A DNA stretch of 37,075 nucleotides, from NCBI GenBank assembly GCA_039679545.1, contig JBDKUT010000098.1:1-37075 (forward strand), read 5' to 3'. Each line of letters opens with the position of its first letter. The first letter of the stretch is position 1. The notes under the pieces are model-generated. The model did not search any database. It saw only the letters and a list, made by a program, of their open reading frames with translations, and had not been told where the DNA came from. This DNA comes from Thermotogota bacterium. GTDB taxonomy: Bacteria; Bipolaricaulota; Bipolaricaulia; UBA7950; UBA9294. The translations under genes were made by a program, and so were the position numbers. Below are positions 8,902-18,509 of this stretch, piece after piece.

Positions 8902-9681
8902 ATGCACCCGATCCTTGTCGAAATCGGCCCGATCACGATCCGCTACTACGGTTTGATGTACATCGTGGCCATCGCCGTCGGCTTCTGGCTCCTGACGCGC
9001 GAGGTACGCCGCAAGGAGATCGCGCTCTCCTCCGAATCATTGCTCGACCTCACCCTCTGGACGATTCCGGTGGCGATCATCGGAGCCCGCCTGTACTACG
9101 TTGCATTCCAATGGGACTACTACGGCCGGCACCTCGTCGACATCGTGAAGATCTGGCAAGGGGGGCTCGCCATCCACGGCGGGGTGCTCGGCGGGATCCT
9201 CGCCGTGTTCCTCTTCAGCCGCTACAAGAAGGTCAGGTTCTGGACTCTGACCGACGCGCTCTCCCCTAGCCTCGCTCTCGGCCAGGCGATCGGCCGGATC
9301 GGAAACCTGATGAACGGGGACGCCTACGGCGTTCCCACCTCGCTTCCGTGGGGCATCCACTTTCCCGCGAACTCGCCGGCGGGGATGGCCTACCCGGGAC
9401 TGGCCACGCACCCCTCGATGATCTACGAGATGATCCTCGATCTCCTGATCTTCGCGTACCTATGGGCCGTCCGAAAGAAGGGCTACAAAGACGGCTTCTC
9501 AACCGCCATGTACTTCATCCTGTACGCCGTCGCTCGGTCGATCGTCACGCTGACCCGCGGCGACGACCTTTACCTCGGCCCAATCCGCGCCCCCCACGCC
9601 ATCAGTGCCGTTTTCATCGTCGTTTTCGGAATCTTCATCTGGCGGGGGAAGCTCTATCAACGATCGAAGCTCGCACGGTGA
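8902..9681 (+). CDS. lgt: Prolipoprotein diacylglyceryl transferase
   Basis: GGGGGAG SD and ATG 8902; motifs IRYYGLMY, GARLYYV, WQGGLAIHGG, QAIGRIGNLMNGDAYG, HPSMIYE. Confidence 0.95.
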   Translation: MHPILVEIGPITIRYYGLMYIVAIAVGFWLLTREVRRKEIALSSESLLDLTLWTIPVAIIGARLYYVAFQWDYYGRHLVDIVKIWQGGLAIHGGVLGGILAVFLFSRYKKVRFWTLTDALSPSLALGQAIGRIGNLMNGDAYGVPTSLPWGIHFPANSPAGMAYPGLATHPSMIYEMILDLLIFAYLWAVRKKGYKDGFSTAMYFILYAVARSIVTLTRGDDLYLGPIRAPHAISAVFIVVFGIFIWRGKLYQRSKLAR

Positions 9682-9909
9682 TCGCCTGGCGGCAGCGCGA
9701 CGGCCCAGCGTCGACGACGTTCCGCCGCGGCACCCGCTGCGGTGGCACGGGGACCCGCGGATGGCCGGAGGCCCGCGGCCAGCCCTCGCTGAAGAGAGGC
9801 TTCGCCGACGCGCGGAGCAGAGACAGGGTGAGGTTCTCAGTCGCTTTCGGCAACCCAGGGACCGCGGGTGAGGCGCGCCGCGTCCCTCCAAGCCCAGGCG
9901 CGTGAACGC

Positions 9910-10827
9910 TCAGCCGCTTGTATGTTGTCTCAAGAGGCAGTCCGAGACGGAGTAGGGGAGCAGGCGCTTGGGAATCACGGCCTTGGCTGTCTTGCTCGGA
10001 TCGACAAGCTGACTGACCCGCACGTCCATCGCCAGACTCGATAGGATGTAAGCATCCTCGAAGGACAGCCCGCGAGCCTGCCTGATGAATCGCACTCCCT
10101 GGCTTGCGGCCTCGCGAAGGGCATCGCCGATGCGAGGGCGCGAGACCAGGATGTACACAGCGTCCCGCGTTTCGAGGAGCGGCCATGCGGGCGCACAGCC
10201 CTTCAAGACACCCACCCTGACTGTCACAGACGCAGCGACCTCGCAACCCGTGATGCAGATTTCTCCGTCGGCCATCACGGCGTGAACGTCACCGAGCGCC
10301 AGGAGCGCGCCTTGCTGGGAAACAGGGAGGTACAGCATTGTGCCGACTCCCAGTTCCTTAGTGTCCAGGTTCCCGCCATGGCGTCCCGCGGTCCCCGTGG
10401 CCTTGGGCGTCCCGGCCGGGGCCACCCCGATGACGCCGATCATCGGGGCGGCAGCGAGGCCTAGATCGTCGAACCAGACAACTCCGCTCCAGATCGGAAG
10501 GACGCGCACGGAGTGACGCGCCGCTTCGCTGCCAAGAAGACCCATCCCCGGTCCGGTCAGGGCCACGCCGTGCGCGGCAGCTTCTATGCGCAGAACCTCT
10601 ACACAGAGAGCATCTCCCGACGCCGCTCCCTCGACCGCGAGGGGGCCGGTCGCCGGGTTCACGCGGCTGAAGTCAATGCTCTCCGGCGCGTCCGCGACGG
10701 TTTGCACCTGACCTCCAAGCGCGTCCTCCGTCTCAAAGGTCACGACTTCGCCCGGCGCAACCTGTTCGACTGCACGCGCTCCAGGGTCGAAGCAATAGAC
10801 GCACCGGTCTGCTGAGATCGACTTCAC
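9910..10827 (-). CDS. Acetamidase/formamidase family protein
   Basis: AAGGAGG before GTG 10827; motifs ETEDALGG, NPATGPLAVEGA..GD, PMIGVIGV, HGGNLD, LALGDVHAVMADGEIC.TGCE. Confidence 0.9.
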   Translation of the reverse strand: MKSISADRCVYCFDPGARAVEQVAPGEVVTFETEDALGGQVQTVADAPESIDFSRVNPATGPLAVEGAASGDALCVEVLRIEAAAHGVALTGPGMGLLGSEAARHSVRVLPIWSGVVWFDDLGLAAAPMIGVIGVAPAGTPKATGTAGRHGGNLDTKELGVGTMLYLPVSQQGALLALGDVHAVMADGEICITGCEVAASVTVRVGVLKGCAPAWPLLETRDAVYILVSRPRIGDALREAASQGVRFIRQARGLSFEDAYILSSLAMDVRVSQLVDPSKTAKAVIPKRLLPYSVSDCLLRQHTSG

Positions 10828-11024
10828 CCGCCCTCCTTTTCTCATGCTCGTGCAGAGCGTCGCGTCGGCCGCGCGGCCGCCCCGCTCCAGCATAGCGGAA
10901 CGCATCGAGTCAGCCTTCCCACTGGCTTGCGCCACCTGCTGATGCAGAGCCCACGGCCTGTTCATCCTCTCGCACAGGCTGGCGTGAGCCGTGTTCCTCA
11001 GCCACTTGTCTTGGTCACGAAGGC

Positions 11025-11054
11025 TGTGATATCGTTGTGATATGGCTGCGATAT
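11025..11054 (+). promoter_or_regulatory. Three TG(T/C)GATAT direct repeats with 11-bp period over the gntR -10 and start; candidate operator
   Basis: TGTGATAT at 11025 and 11036, TGCGATAT at 11047. An extended -10 TGaTATCGT sits 6 nt before the ATG. Confidence 0.5.
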
Positions 11055-11704
11055 CTGAGATCGGAAAGGCCCGTCTGCGTGACGATGTCTACACCGCAAT
11101 GAAGGAAGCGATCCTCCTTCTGGACTATCGACCCGGCCAGTCTCTCTCTCTACGGGCGCTCGCCGACACCTACGGCGTGAGCGCCACGCCCATCCGGGAA
11201 GTCCTGATTCGACTTGAGGCGGAGGGCCTGGTGAAGATCGAGCCGCGGAACAGCGCCCATGTCACCGAAGTCAGCATCCAGGATGTCGTGGGCGTTACGG
11301 AGGTTCGGCTCGCCCTCGCCGATCAGATCGGCACGCTCGCCGCACAGAGGGCCACGGAGGAGGATCTGCAAGCCCTTGAAGCCCTGATCGGCAGGATGGA
11401 GAAGGAGAACAGGCGGCGCGCACTGACGGCCCTCGACTCCGAGTTCCATCAGCGAGTCGATGCCGCCACGAAGAACCAGCACCTTGCATGGATCTCCGGG
11501 CTCCTCCGCAACCAGGTCGTGCGGTTGTGGTTCCTCGTTCCGGGGGAGATCTCGTACTGGCCGGAGATGCGTGCCGGGCGCGTCGCGCTTGTTTCCGCCC
11601 TGCGGAGAAGGGACGAGAGCGAGTGCCGCACCAACCTCAGGGAACACGTGCTGCAGTTTGCACGACAGCTTGAGCAGACTGTGCTGCGAGGAGGTCCGAC
11701 GTAG
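11042..11704 (+). CDS. GntR-family transcriptional regulator (FCD domain)
   Basis: wHTH motif YRPGQSLSLRALADTYGVSATPIREVLIRLEAEGLV; FCD-type DSEFH...ATKN..L. Confidence 0.92.
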   Translation: MAAISEIGKARLRDDVYTAMKEAILLLDYRPGQSLSLRALADTYGVSATPIREVLIRLEAEGLVKIEPRNSAHVTEVSIQDVVGVTEVRLALADQIGTLAAQRATEEDLQALEALIGRMEKENRRRALTALDSEFHQRVDAATKNQHLAWISGLLRNQVVRLWFLVPGEISYWPEMRAGRVALVSALRRRDESECRTNLREHVLQFARQLEQTVLRGGPT

Positions 11705-11782
11705 AAGAGCGCGGACGCGAGGAGTTGCAGCCGCACTCCCCAACGACGCAGAGAGTGATCGGGACTCAGAATGGGAGGAAGA

Positions 11783-13003
11783 ATGCGCATCGCGAACTGC
11801 AGGGTCTTGGACGTCCGTGAGGGGAGCCTCCTCGAGGGGCGCACGATCGTGATCCGCGATGGGATCATCGAGCGCATTTCCCGAGGCGGAGGAGCCGCGC
11901 ACGGTGAGGCGGAGACGATCGAGGCAGAGGGCCGCGTCGTGATTCCCGGGCTGATGAACCTACACACGCACCCGCAGCGGCGGCACGCCGGCCTCTCGGG
12001 GGGTATGGTTCCCTTCCGCATAGGCGCTGCCGCGGTCGAAGACCTACCGAACACCCAAAGGATCGTCTGGGCGATCCGGAACACCTGGTTCGAGATGCTG
12101 GAACACGGGGTGACGACGTTCCGAGCCGCCGGCTCGAAGGATTGCTTGAACATCGAGCTCCGCGATGTCTTCCGCAAGGGTGTCCTCGGTGGGCCGCGCG
12201 TGATCGCGTCGGGCGCGATTCTCGCAACGACGGGGGGCCATGGGACGCGAGGCATCAACGGCGCCATGGAGGTGGACGGCCCGGATGAAATGCGAAAGGC
12301 CGTGCGGGCGCTCCTCAAAGCCGGCGCGGACTGGATCAAGCTGTGCGTGAGCGGAGGCCTGGCAGGGATCCACAAGGGCGATCACCCGACGATCGTGGAG
12401 TTCTCCGACGAGGAGATACGAACCGCCGTCGTGGAGGCCCACAGAAGGAGCCGCAAGGTCATGGTTCACGGCATGGCATCGCAGAGCGTGCGGATGGCCG
12501 TCGAGGCGGGCGTGGACTGCATCGAGCACGGGAACCTGCTCGACGATGCGACGGTCTCACTGATGAAGAGCCACGGCGTGTCCTTCGTCCCGACGATGTC
12601 GGGGATTCGCATGGTGTACGAGAGGGAGAAGGTGGGGGGCGATCCCGCCGTCGCGGCGGCTCTCTGGGAGGTCATCTCTCCGCACTCCGAGGCTGTCAAG
12701 AAGTGCATCGAAGCTGGGGTCCTCATCGGGACGGGGACGGACACCCTGGGCAACGTGCATGACGAGATCCGCATGCTCGCCTCCTGCGGCATGACGCCGG
12801 CAAGGGCCATCGCCGCCGCCACGCGGGACTCCGCGAGGGTCCTCGGACTGGAGAACGAGATTGGAGCCGTCGAGGAGGGAATGAAGGCGGACCTCGTCGT
12901 TGTCGACGGCGATCCCACGCACGACCTCGAATGCCTATCGAAGATCAAGGAGGTGATCGTCGGCGGAAGAGTGGCTGACAGGGAATTCCTGACGGCGAGG
13001 TGA
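11783..13003 (+). CDS. Metal-dependent amidohydrolase (prolidase/imidazolonepropionase-like)
   Basis: GGGAGG before ATG 11783; PGLMNLHTH, TGGHG, ADWIKL, MVHG, IEHG, GTDT, G..ADLVVVDGDP. Confidence 0.9.
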   Translation: MRIANCRVLDVREGSLLEGRTIVIRDGIIERISRGGGAAHGEAETIEAEGRVVIPGLMNLHTHPQRRHAGLSGGMVPFRIGAAAVEDLPNTQRIVWAIRNTWFEMLEHGVTTFRAAGSKDCLNIELRDVFRKGVLGGPRVIASGAILATTGGHGTRGINGAMEVDGPDEMRKAVRALLKAGADWIKLCVSGGLAGIHKGDHPTIVEFSDEEIRTAVVEAHRRSRKVMVHGMASQSVRMAVEAGVDCIEHGNLLDDATVSLMKSHGVSFVPTMSGIRMVYEREKVGGDPAVAAALWEVISPHSEAVKKCIEAGVLIGTGTDTLGNVHDEIRMLASCGMTPARAIAAATRDSARVLGLENEIGAVEEGMKADLVVVDGDPTHDLECLSKIKEVIVGGRVADREFLTAR

Positions 13004-13076
13004 GAATCGGTTGTCGATCCCGAGCAGTCGGCGTTCTCAGCGGGGAGGTCTAGACGCAGTAGATCAGGGAGGAACA

Positions 13077-14624
13077 ATGAGCTTCGGGAAGTCATGGGGA
13101 CCTGGCCGCGGGCACCTGTTGTCCGCACTCGCCATCCTGGTTGCGGTGATGGTGACGGGACTCGTCTGCGTGGGCGAGACCACCGTCACCTACGTGAATG
13201 CGCAGGACATCTGGGGACTGGATCCGAGAGTGGACACCCAAGGAACGTCCGACGGGTTGTTCACGAACGTCTTCGATCCGCTCTGGCGCGTTGCGTTTGA
13301 TCCCGTGCGGGCGGAACCAGCGCTTGCCGTGAGCTGGGAGTACACAGACGACGTAACTCTGGTCGTCCATCTGCGCCAGAACGTGGCCTGGCATGATGGC
13401 CAGCCGTTCACCGCGGACGATGTCGTCGCAACGTTCAAGCATCTCAACGATCCCAAGGTCAGTCGGTACACCTGGTTGAAGAAGGTCAACCTAGCCCACG
13501 AGAACAACGTCGAGAAGGTCGACGACCACACGGTGATCTTCCACTTCTCGGCGCCATTTGCACCGGGGCCGCTCGGCTTCGCGACGTTCTTCATCCAGCC
13601 GGCGCACATCGATCCCGCGCAGTACGCCAACGCGGCCATCGGCACCGGGGCGTACAAGCTCGTCGAGTGGCGCCCCAAGGAGTCCATCAAGCTGGTCGCC
13701 AACGAGAGCTGGTGGGGCTGGGGAGCCCTTGCACCGCGCGAAGGCAGGCCTGATGTGGTCTACTACAGGCCGGTGCCCGAGGACTACTCGCGCTACGCCA
13801 TGCTCGCGAGCGGAGAGGCCGACATCGCCGGAGGGCTTCTGCCCGAGCGGGTCCCGGAGATCCAGGCCTCGAAGACCATGAGGATCGAGACCATCGCGTC
13901 GCTGCGCAACTTCTACATTGGGATGAACGCCTGGAAGCCCCCGTTCGACGACGTGCGTGTACGCCGCGCACTGAGCTACGCGATCGATTGGCAGGCCATC
14001 GTCACCAACCTGCTGAACGGCATGGGCACGACGCATACGGGATTCTGCGGACCCTCGGAGTACGGATACTGCGCCGACTGCTACACGTACGACTACCACT
14101 ACGACCCTGCGCTGTGCAAGCAGCTTCTAGCTGAGGCCGGCTATCCCAACGGCTTCAAGGTGACGTTCTCGTCTCCGAACGGGAAGTACACCAAGGATCT
14201 TGAGATCTCGCAGGCCATCGTCGGCTTCCTGCAGGACGTCGGCTTGGAAGTCGAAATCCAGGCGCCGGCTTGGACCGAGTACTGGTCTGCCTACACCAAT
14301 GTGCAGATGGAGATCTTCCTCCTGAGCTACGGAGGCATCTACCCCGACTGCGGCGACAGAGCCTCAGGCCGCCTCGAGAAGGGCGCCGGGGGGTTGTACT
14401 TCAACGACCCCTACTCCGACCAGCTGTTCCAGCAGCAGAGAAGCACCATGGATCCGGAAAAGCGATCGGCGATCTGGAAGGACCTGAACGTGTTCCTCAA
14501 CGAGCAGGCCCCGTTCATCTCCGGTTTCGACGGCAACTTCATCTTCGGCGTGCAGGAAAGGATCGACTGGCACCCCATTCCTCTTGAGTACGTGATTCTG
14601 TGGAACGTCGTGGTCAAGAAGTGA
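13077..14624 (+). CDS. ABC transporter substrate-binding protein, family 5 (Dpp/Opp/Nik type)
   Basis: GGGAGG before ATG 13077; signal peptide; LAVSWE...LRQNVAWHDGQPFTADDV, GTGAYKL, PFDDVRVRRALSYAID. Confidence 0.92.
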   Translation: MSFGKSWGPGRGHLLSALAILVAVMVTGLVCVGETTVTYVNAQDIWGLDPRVDTQGTSDGLFTNVFDPLWRVAFDPVRAEPALAVSWEYTDDVTLVVHLRQNVAWHDGQPFTADDVVATFKHLNDPKVSRYTWLKKVNLAHENNVEKVDDHTVIFHFSAPFAPGPLGFATFFIQPAHIDPAQYANAAIGTGAYKLVEWRPKESIKLVANESWWGWGALAPREGRPDVVYYRPVPEDYSRYAMLASGEADIAGGLLPERVPEIQASKTMRIETIASLRNFYIGMNAWKPPFDDVRVRRALSYAIDWQAIVTNLLNGMGTTHTGFCGPSEYGYCADCYTYDYHYDPALCKQLLAEAGYPNGFKVTFSSPNGKYTKDLEISQAIVGFLQDVGLEVEIQAPAWTEYWSAYTNVQMEIFLLSYGGIYPDCGDRASGRLEKGAGGLYFNDPYSDQLFQQQRSTMDPEKRSAIWKDLNVFLNEQAPFISGFDGNFIFGVQERIDWHPIPLEYVILWNVVVKK

Positions 14625-14638
14625 GTACTGGTGCGGCC

Positions 14639-14669
14639 ATCCCCCTCCGGCGCTGTGCCGGAGGGGGAT
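14639..14669 (+). promoter_or_regulatory. Intra-operon stem-loop after the binding-protein gene (mRNA stabiliser or partial terminator)
   Basis: Perfect 13-bp stem ATCCCCCTCCGGC/GCCGGAGGGGGAT with a 5-nt loop. Confidence 0.6.
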
Positions 14670-14685
14670 CCGCCCGGAGGCGGCC

Positions 14686-15600
14686 TTGCTTGGATACCTG
14701 ATGCGCCGGATCGCCATCTCCGTCCTGGTCGTCCTTCTGATCGCGGGCTTCCTCTTCGCGATGCTGAACGCCACCGGCGACCCGGTGCTTCTGCTGGTTC
14801 CGGAGAACGCGCCACCAGAACAGGTCGAGGCCGTACGGCATTCTCTGGGGTTGGATCGGTCGGTGCTCTTCCAGTTCGGAAGCTTTCTGAAGCGGCTGAT
14901 GTCAGCGGACCTGGGTACATCCTGGAGGCTGAATCGTCCGGTGTCGGACATCCTGCCGTACTACATCGTGAACACCATCAAGCTGACGATGCCGGCCCTG
15001 GTTCTCACCACGATCCTCTCGGTGGGGATGGGGCTCATCGCGGCTGTCAGGCGAAACGGCATCGCCGACCTACTCGCGACGCTCGCCGCCTCGATCGGCA
15101 ACTCCATGCCGATATTCTGGTCAGGCATCCTTCTCATCATGGTGTTTGCCGTCAAGCTCAGGTGGCTGCCGGCGGGAGGAACCGCAAGCTGGAAGAGCTA
15201 CGTTCTCCCTGTGGTCTCGATAGGGTTCTACATGGCGGCCTCGTTGGCGAGGACGACTCGGACCAGCATGCTCGAAGTCCTTGATGCAGACTACGTCAGA
15301 ACCGCACGCAGCAAGGGTCTTCGCGAGGGGATCGTCATCCTGAAGCACGCCCTCCGAAACGCGGCTCTCCCGATCATCACCGTGTGGGGAGCCCAGTTGG
15401 CTACGCTCCTTGCTGGAACCGTCGTCACGGAAACTGTCTTCAGCTGGCCTGGAATCGGCCGATTGAGCGTTGAGGCCGTGATGGGACGCGACTATCCGCT
15501 TACGGTGGGCGTGGTCATCTTCTTCGCTGTGGTCTTCATCGGAGTCAATCTGGCGGTCGATCTGACCTATGCGTGGCTGGACCCTCGGATACGCTACTGA
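14686..15600 (+). CDS. ABC transporter permease, DppB/OppB type
   Basis: GGAGG plus TTG start; EAA-loop region RTSMLEVLDADYVRTARSKGL...KHALRNA; ETVFSWPGIG; LDPRIR. Confidence 0.92.
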   Translation: MLGYLMRRIAISVLVVLLIAGFLFAMLNATGDPVLLLVPENAPPEQVEAVRHSLGLDRSVLFQFGSFLKRLMSADLGTSWRLNRPVSDILPYYIVNTIKLTMPALVLTTILSVGMGLIAAVRRNGIADLLATLAASIGNSMPIFWSGILLIMVFAVKLRWLPAGGTASWKSYVLPVVSIGFYMAASLARTTRTSMLEVLDADYVRTARSKGLREGIVILKHALRNAALPIITVWGAQLATLLAGTVVTETVFSWPGIGRLSVEAVMGRDYPLTVGVVIFFAVVFIGVNLAVDLTYAWLDPRIRY

Positions 15601-15697
15601 TAGACATGGGCTCTAGGAGATGGGACGTCGTGCGCAACGTCGCCCGCAAGGCGCCTGGCGCGTCGTCCTCGGCAATTAAGACACAAGAGAAGGAATC

Positions 15698-16549
15698 GTG
15701 GGAACTCTCGTGAGGCTGCTTCGCACTCCAAAGGGGGCCGTCGGCCTGATCCTTGTGGCGAGCTTCATCATCTTGGGCCTCTTGGCTCCCGTGATCTCAC
15801 CGACCAATCCGCAGAAGCAGAACATCTCTTTGCGCAACCGGCCTCCGCTCTTCCACGCCGCCGACGGACGCGTCTACCTTCTGGGGACGGATGAGCTGGG
15901 GAGGGACCTGCTGACAAGAACGCTCTTCGGAGTCAGACTGTCGCTCTTGATTGGCTTCTGCGCGGTCGCGTGCAGCGGGACGATTGGAGTGTTCCTCGGC
16001 GTGTTGTCGGGCTTCCAGGGTGGAGTGATCGACTTTGTCGTCATGAGAGCTGTCGACGCCCAACTGAGCATCCCGCTGATTCTTCTTGCCATGATGTGGA
16101 TTGCGTTCACGAAGCCGTCTCTGCCCAACGTCCTCGCCGTCATCATCCTTGCGGGGTGGGTGCAGTATGCCCGGCCGATACGGGCGATGACGCTGACGCT
16201 GCGGTCGAGCGGGTTTGTCGAAGCCGCGCACGCGATCGGCGTGCCGAGATGGCGGATCTACCTCCGCCACATCCTGCCCAACGTGCTGCCCCTGGCTGTC
16301 GTCATCTCCACGCTCCAGCTCGCCGGGGCCATCCTGATGGAAGGCAGCCTGAGCTTCCTCGGCGTGGGCCTCCAGCCCCCCGCGGCGGCGCTCGGCCTCA
16401 TGGTGAACAGCGGACGGCGGTACATCGACACCGCTTGGTGGATCTGCACGTTCCCCGGTCTTGCCCTCATGCTGATCGTGCTTGGGGTTTACTTCATGGG
16501 AGACGCTCTACGCGACACCCTGGATCCGAAACTGAGAAGGCTCGGTTAG
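15698..16549 (+). CDS. ABC transporter permease, DppC/OppC type
   Basis: LGTDELGRDLLTR, FVEAAHAIG...RHILPN, LSFLGVG, GDALRDTLDPK. The true N-terminus may lie upstream in another frame. Confidence 0.9.
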   Translation: MGTLVRLLRTPKGAVGLILVASFIILGLLAPVISPTNPQKQNISLRNRPPLFHAADGRVYLLGTDELGRDLLTRTLFGVRLSLLIGFCAVACSGTIGVFLGVLSGFQGGVIDFVVMRAVDAQLSIPLILLAMMWIAFTKPSLPNVLAVIILAGWVQYARPIRAMTLTLRSSGFVEAAHAIGVPRWRIYLRHILPNVLPLAVVISTLQLAGAILMEGSLSFLGVGLQPPAAALGLMVNSGRRYIDTAWWICTFPGLALMLIVLGVYFMGDALRDTLDPKLRRLG

Positions 16550-16607
16550 CACGATGACCCGTCATCGCGCCTGCCGAGCCCGCGCGGCTCACTGATGGGG
16601 AGGAGCT

Positions 16608-18374
16608 ATGCACGAGGGGCTAGTCCTCGTAGAGGCCGAAGGCTTCGACGATCTCGGTGGATGGGCCGTAGACCAGCAGTTCATGGACGTCATGGGATCG
16701 CCGTTCCTCCTGGCCCACGGCGCCGGAGTCCCTGTTGCGGATGCATCGACGGAGATCCGGCTTCCGGGCGTCGGGGAGTACCGAGTCTGGGTTCGAACTC
16801 GTGACTGGTGCGGTCCGCGCGACCACTCACCAGCTTCGCGAAGGCAGGCGACCGAAGCCGCGCCGGGAGCCTTCGAGGCCCTTGTTGACGGGAAGCCGCT
16901 CGACGTGCGATTCGGCACCGACGGCGGCGACTGGCACTGGCAGGATGGGGGAACGGTGCGGCTTCCGAAGCCGTGGATCAGGCTGGCACTCCATGACCTC
17001 ACGGGCTTCGACGGACGCTGCGATGCTATCCTCCTCTCGCCCGATCTCGGCTTCGTGCCACCCAGTGGCAATCCCGAGCTAAGCGACCTCAGGCGGGGAC
17101 TGCTCGGCGTGCCTCCCTGTCCGCCCAGTGCGGGCGACTTCGACCTGGTCGTCGTCGGAGGAGGCGTTGCCGGCCTCTGCGCTGCGGTCTCTGCGGCTCG
17201 AGGAGGACTGAAAGTCGCTCTGGTTCAGGACCGCCCTGTCCTGGGCGGGAACAACAGCTCCGAGGTGCGAGTTCAGCTCAAGGGGGACGTGGGCCTTCCA
17301 CCGTACCCTTCCCTGGGCGCCGTCGTGCGGGAGATCGACCCGCAGACAGGCGACAGCGCGTTGCCCGCGCGCGCGTACCGGGATGACCGGAAACTGGAGG
17401 TCGTGCGCGGAGAACCCCGGATCTACCTGTTCCTCGACACGCGGATCGTGGCGGCCTCGGAAAGCGGCGGCTTCATCCGCCACCTCGTCGGGCAAGAGAC
17501 CCGCACGGGTGAGCGTCGTCGCTTCGAGGCTCCGCTGTTCGCCGACTGCACGGGCGATGCCTGCGTCGGCGTTCTGGCAGGGGCGGAGCTCCGCGTCGGG
17601 AGGGAATCGAGGACGGAAACGGGCGAACCCTCGGCCCCCACCCGCGCTGACAGCATGACGCTGGGACTGACCCTCCTCTGGTGCGCGGGAGAGACCGACT
17701 CCGAGCAGCCCTTCCCAGGAACTCCCTGGGCGTTGCCGTTTGACGACGACACCTGCCTTCACGCCACCAAGGGAGCCTGGAACTGGGAGACGGGCATGGA
17801 TCAGGACCAAGTCCTTGAGGGCGAGGCGATCCGCGATCACATGCTGCGCGCTATCTACGGCCATTGGTCGTTCATGAAGAACGAGAGCAAAGAGCGAGCC
17901 CGTTACCGGAACTACGCCCTGGACTGGGTCGGCTACGTCGGCGGCAAGCGCGAGTCTCGCCGGCTGCTCGGCGACGTCATCGTCACGGAACAGGACATCG
18001 TGTCCGAACGGCGGTACAACGATGGCTGCGTCATGACCAGCTGGCCCATCGATCTCCACTACCCGCAGCGCCCGCCATCAGACGGCGTGCGCTCCTTCCT
18101 GTCCAGGGCCGAACAGCGCCACGTCGCTTCGTTCGGCATCCCGTACCGTTCGCTCTACTCGCGCAACGTCAGAAACCTGTTCATGGCTGGAAGAGACATC
18201 AGCGTGACGCATATCGCTTTCGGGGCCGTGCGCGTCATGGGGACGACGGGGATGATGGGTGAAGTCGTGGGGCAGGCGGCCGCGATCGCGGCCCGGAGGG
18301 GGTGTCAGCCTCGCGGGGTGTACGAGCACCACCTGCCAGAGCTGCAGGAGAAGCTGTGCGCCCAAGTGCGCTGA
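16608..18374 (+). CDS. FAD-dependent oxidoreductase with an N-terminal beta-rich domain
   Basis: Rossmann motif DLVVVGGGVAGLCAA, then DRPVLGGNNSSE, DCTGDA, KRESRRLLGD, IPYRSLYS..V.NLFMAGRDIS, RVMGT. Confidence 0.88.
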   Translation: MHEGLVLVEAEGFDDLGGWAVDQQFMDVMGSPFLLAHGAGVPVADASTEIRLPGVGEYRVWVRTRDWCGPRDHSPASRRQATEAAPGAFEALVDGKPLDVRFGTDGGDWHWQDGGTVRLPKPWIRLALHDLTGFDGRCDAILLSPDLGFVPPSGNPELSDLRRGLLGVPPCPPSAGDFDLVVVGGGVAGLCAAVSAARGGLKVALVQDRPVLGGNNSSEVRVQLKGDVGLPPYPSLGAVVREIDPQTGDSALPARAYRDDRKLEVVRGEPRIYLFLDTRIVAASESGGFIRHLVGQETRTGERRRFEAPLFADCTGDACVGVLAGAELRVGRESRTETGEPSAPTRADSMTLGLTLLWCAGETDSEQPFPGTPWALPFDDDTCLHATKGAWNWETGMDQDQVLEGEAIRDHMLRAIYGHWSFMKNESKERARYRNYALDWVGYVGGKRESRRLLGDVIVTEQDIVSERRYNDGCVMTSWPIDLHYPQRPPSDGVRSFLSRAEQRHVASFGIPYRSLYSRNVRNLFMAGRDISVTHIAFGAVRVMGTTGMMGEVVGQAAAIAARRGCQPRGVYEHHLPELQEKLCAQVR

Positions 18375-18509
18375 TCCTCAAGAGAGTCACGCAGCGTCAG
18401 CCAACACTGGCGCTTGCCTGGGATCGCCGCGGATCCGTCGACTGGTGGGAGAAGAGCAATCAAGCGAGCCGCGTCGCAGACGCGAGCCTCCTCGGAAGAG
18501 GTGAGCAAC

